A DNA stretch of 64,000 nucleotides from Chiloscyllium plagiosum. Taxonomy: Eukaryota. Positions 62,596 to 64,000 of this stretch are shown in pieces. The stretch spans positions 85,822,283 through 85,886,282 of the forward strand of contig NC_057718.1 of the NCBI RefSeq assembly GCF_004010195.1. Direction: 5' to 3'. Position 1 is the stretch's first letter. Every line of letters begins with the position of its first letter. A program made the position numbers and the translations under genes. Below the pieces are notes generated by a model. The model had not been told where the DNA came from. It searched no databases and saw nothing but the letters and a program-made list of their open reading frames with translations.

Positions 62596-64000
62596 TCAAA
62601 GATGTATTTTTATCTTCATTTGGAGGACCTACATTATTGTTTCATCATTCCTTGTCACTTGATTGTTCTGCTTACTTTAAGGAGAAGAATCTAAAATCCT
62701 TGTTGGCTAAAAATATTCAAGGCATTTTGTCATGTTGTCCTTAGCTATAAACTACAGCCATTTCCTCATCACAGATATTGGGTTAACTGGTAACAATTTC
62801 CACACCAAAAGACGGGAGAACAAGATCGAGGCTGATTTTCCAGAGCAGCGCTGAGCGAGTATGGAACTGTCAAAGTCCTGTCTGTCCTCTCCGCTGGATC
62901 TAAACAATCCCATGACTGCATTGTGAACAACAGACAGGCTTTGGAGTCAACCAACAATTAAAGCAGATGATCAAGTCATGATAACATTGCTGTATGTAGG
63001 ACTGTGCTGTACACAGACTGACTGCTATGTTTCCTAGATTGTAGCAGTACTATTGTACTTCATTCCTGCAAAACAATTTTAAATGACCACAGGATGTAAA
63101 TGGTGCATGTGAAGAGACAAAAAAAAGTGGTAATAATTTCTATTGTTGTTAAACCCAAACATGAGACATTATAAAGTAAAGGTTTTCCATGTTTAGTACA
63201 GGAAAGAATTGAACATCATCTCAGAGGAGAAACATTGCATGGAATTGAAAACTAAGGTAATGTCAGAAAGAACATTCTCCAATGTGCTGAATTACCAGCT
63301 GAATTTATGCAATGCTCTTCAATTGACTGAATGTAGCATCAGCAGAAGGTTTAGCTGCTCTGTTGTGACTAGATTAAAGGTCTTTCTTGTTTGTGTGACC
63401 ACAAGAAATCCTTCCCTGTTTGCTCTTGTTCTCCTAGTGTTCTTGGGAAATATAGCTCTTATACTTGAGAGGACTCCTGCGTCATAGGTCATAGTTCATC
63501 ACTGACGCTTCCCTTAAGTTGTCTTCGTGAGGAGGCAAGGGATCAGCCCTGAATGGCTTCTTTAGAAATTCCCCTTTCACTGAATAAGATCTGGGCTAAT
63601 ATGGCAAAGGGGGGTGGGGGTGAGGGGTGTGCGCACGGAAAGAATTGAGTGCATGTTACTGACTGGTACAGTCATAGAAGAACACAGGGATCTACCACCT
63701 CAGGATTATAATAGCACTGTACATTACGGCCATTTAACTCATCCCAAATAACCACCATCTCAGCTAAGCTCTAATTTAGACAAAGATGTACCAAACCTAA
63801 TACTTATTGGATCGACTGACTTTGAATGTATCAGGGATTGCATTAATTTGTAATGTGTGTTTAATCATGAAAGATTGCTGAAGGGTGAATTTGCACCATC
63901 GAAGAAATAATGGGAAGTATCACCATTCAACAGCAGTGAGTACTGACATCCAGAGGTTCCCGAAATCTATCCTCAAGTTTAGGCTACAAAGAGAGATAAA

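Overview
Repeat-dense vertebrate genomic DNA, most likely a shark (elasmobranch), inferred from HE1-type V-SINEs and the CR1/L2/Rex-Babar/Tx1/Penelope repertoire. It has three assembly gaps (10533-10710, 22173-22671, 48182-48972). I cannot support any intact host protein-coding exon. Almost all ORFs are decayed retroelement fragments. A TE-poor, CpG-richer zone at about 12-19.4 kb may hold the 5' exons of an unidentified minus-strand gene (low confidence). Main observations: (1) A CR1 LINE copy at 60468-62028 carries massive, one-directional, sense-strand A-to-G hypermutation compared with sister copies in the same window (about 85 A>G vs under 10 G>A by hand alignment). The change is confined to the insertion and largely spares its 3' end. 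This is what an ADAR-hyper-edited LINE RNA would look like after reverse transcription into the germline. (2) Two Penelope (GIY-YIG) insertions plus a dozen or more miniature, partly palindromic Penelope-like elements, many carrying minimal hammerhead-ribozyme motifs and 10-16 bp target-site duplications (TSDs). (3) Fold-back inverted duplications, multi-level LINE nesting and a SINE-LINE fusion.
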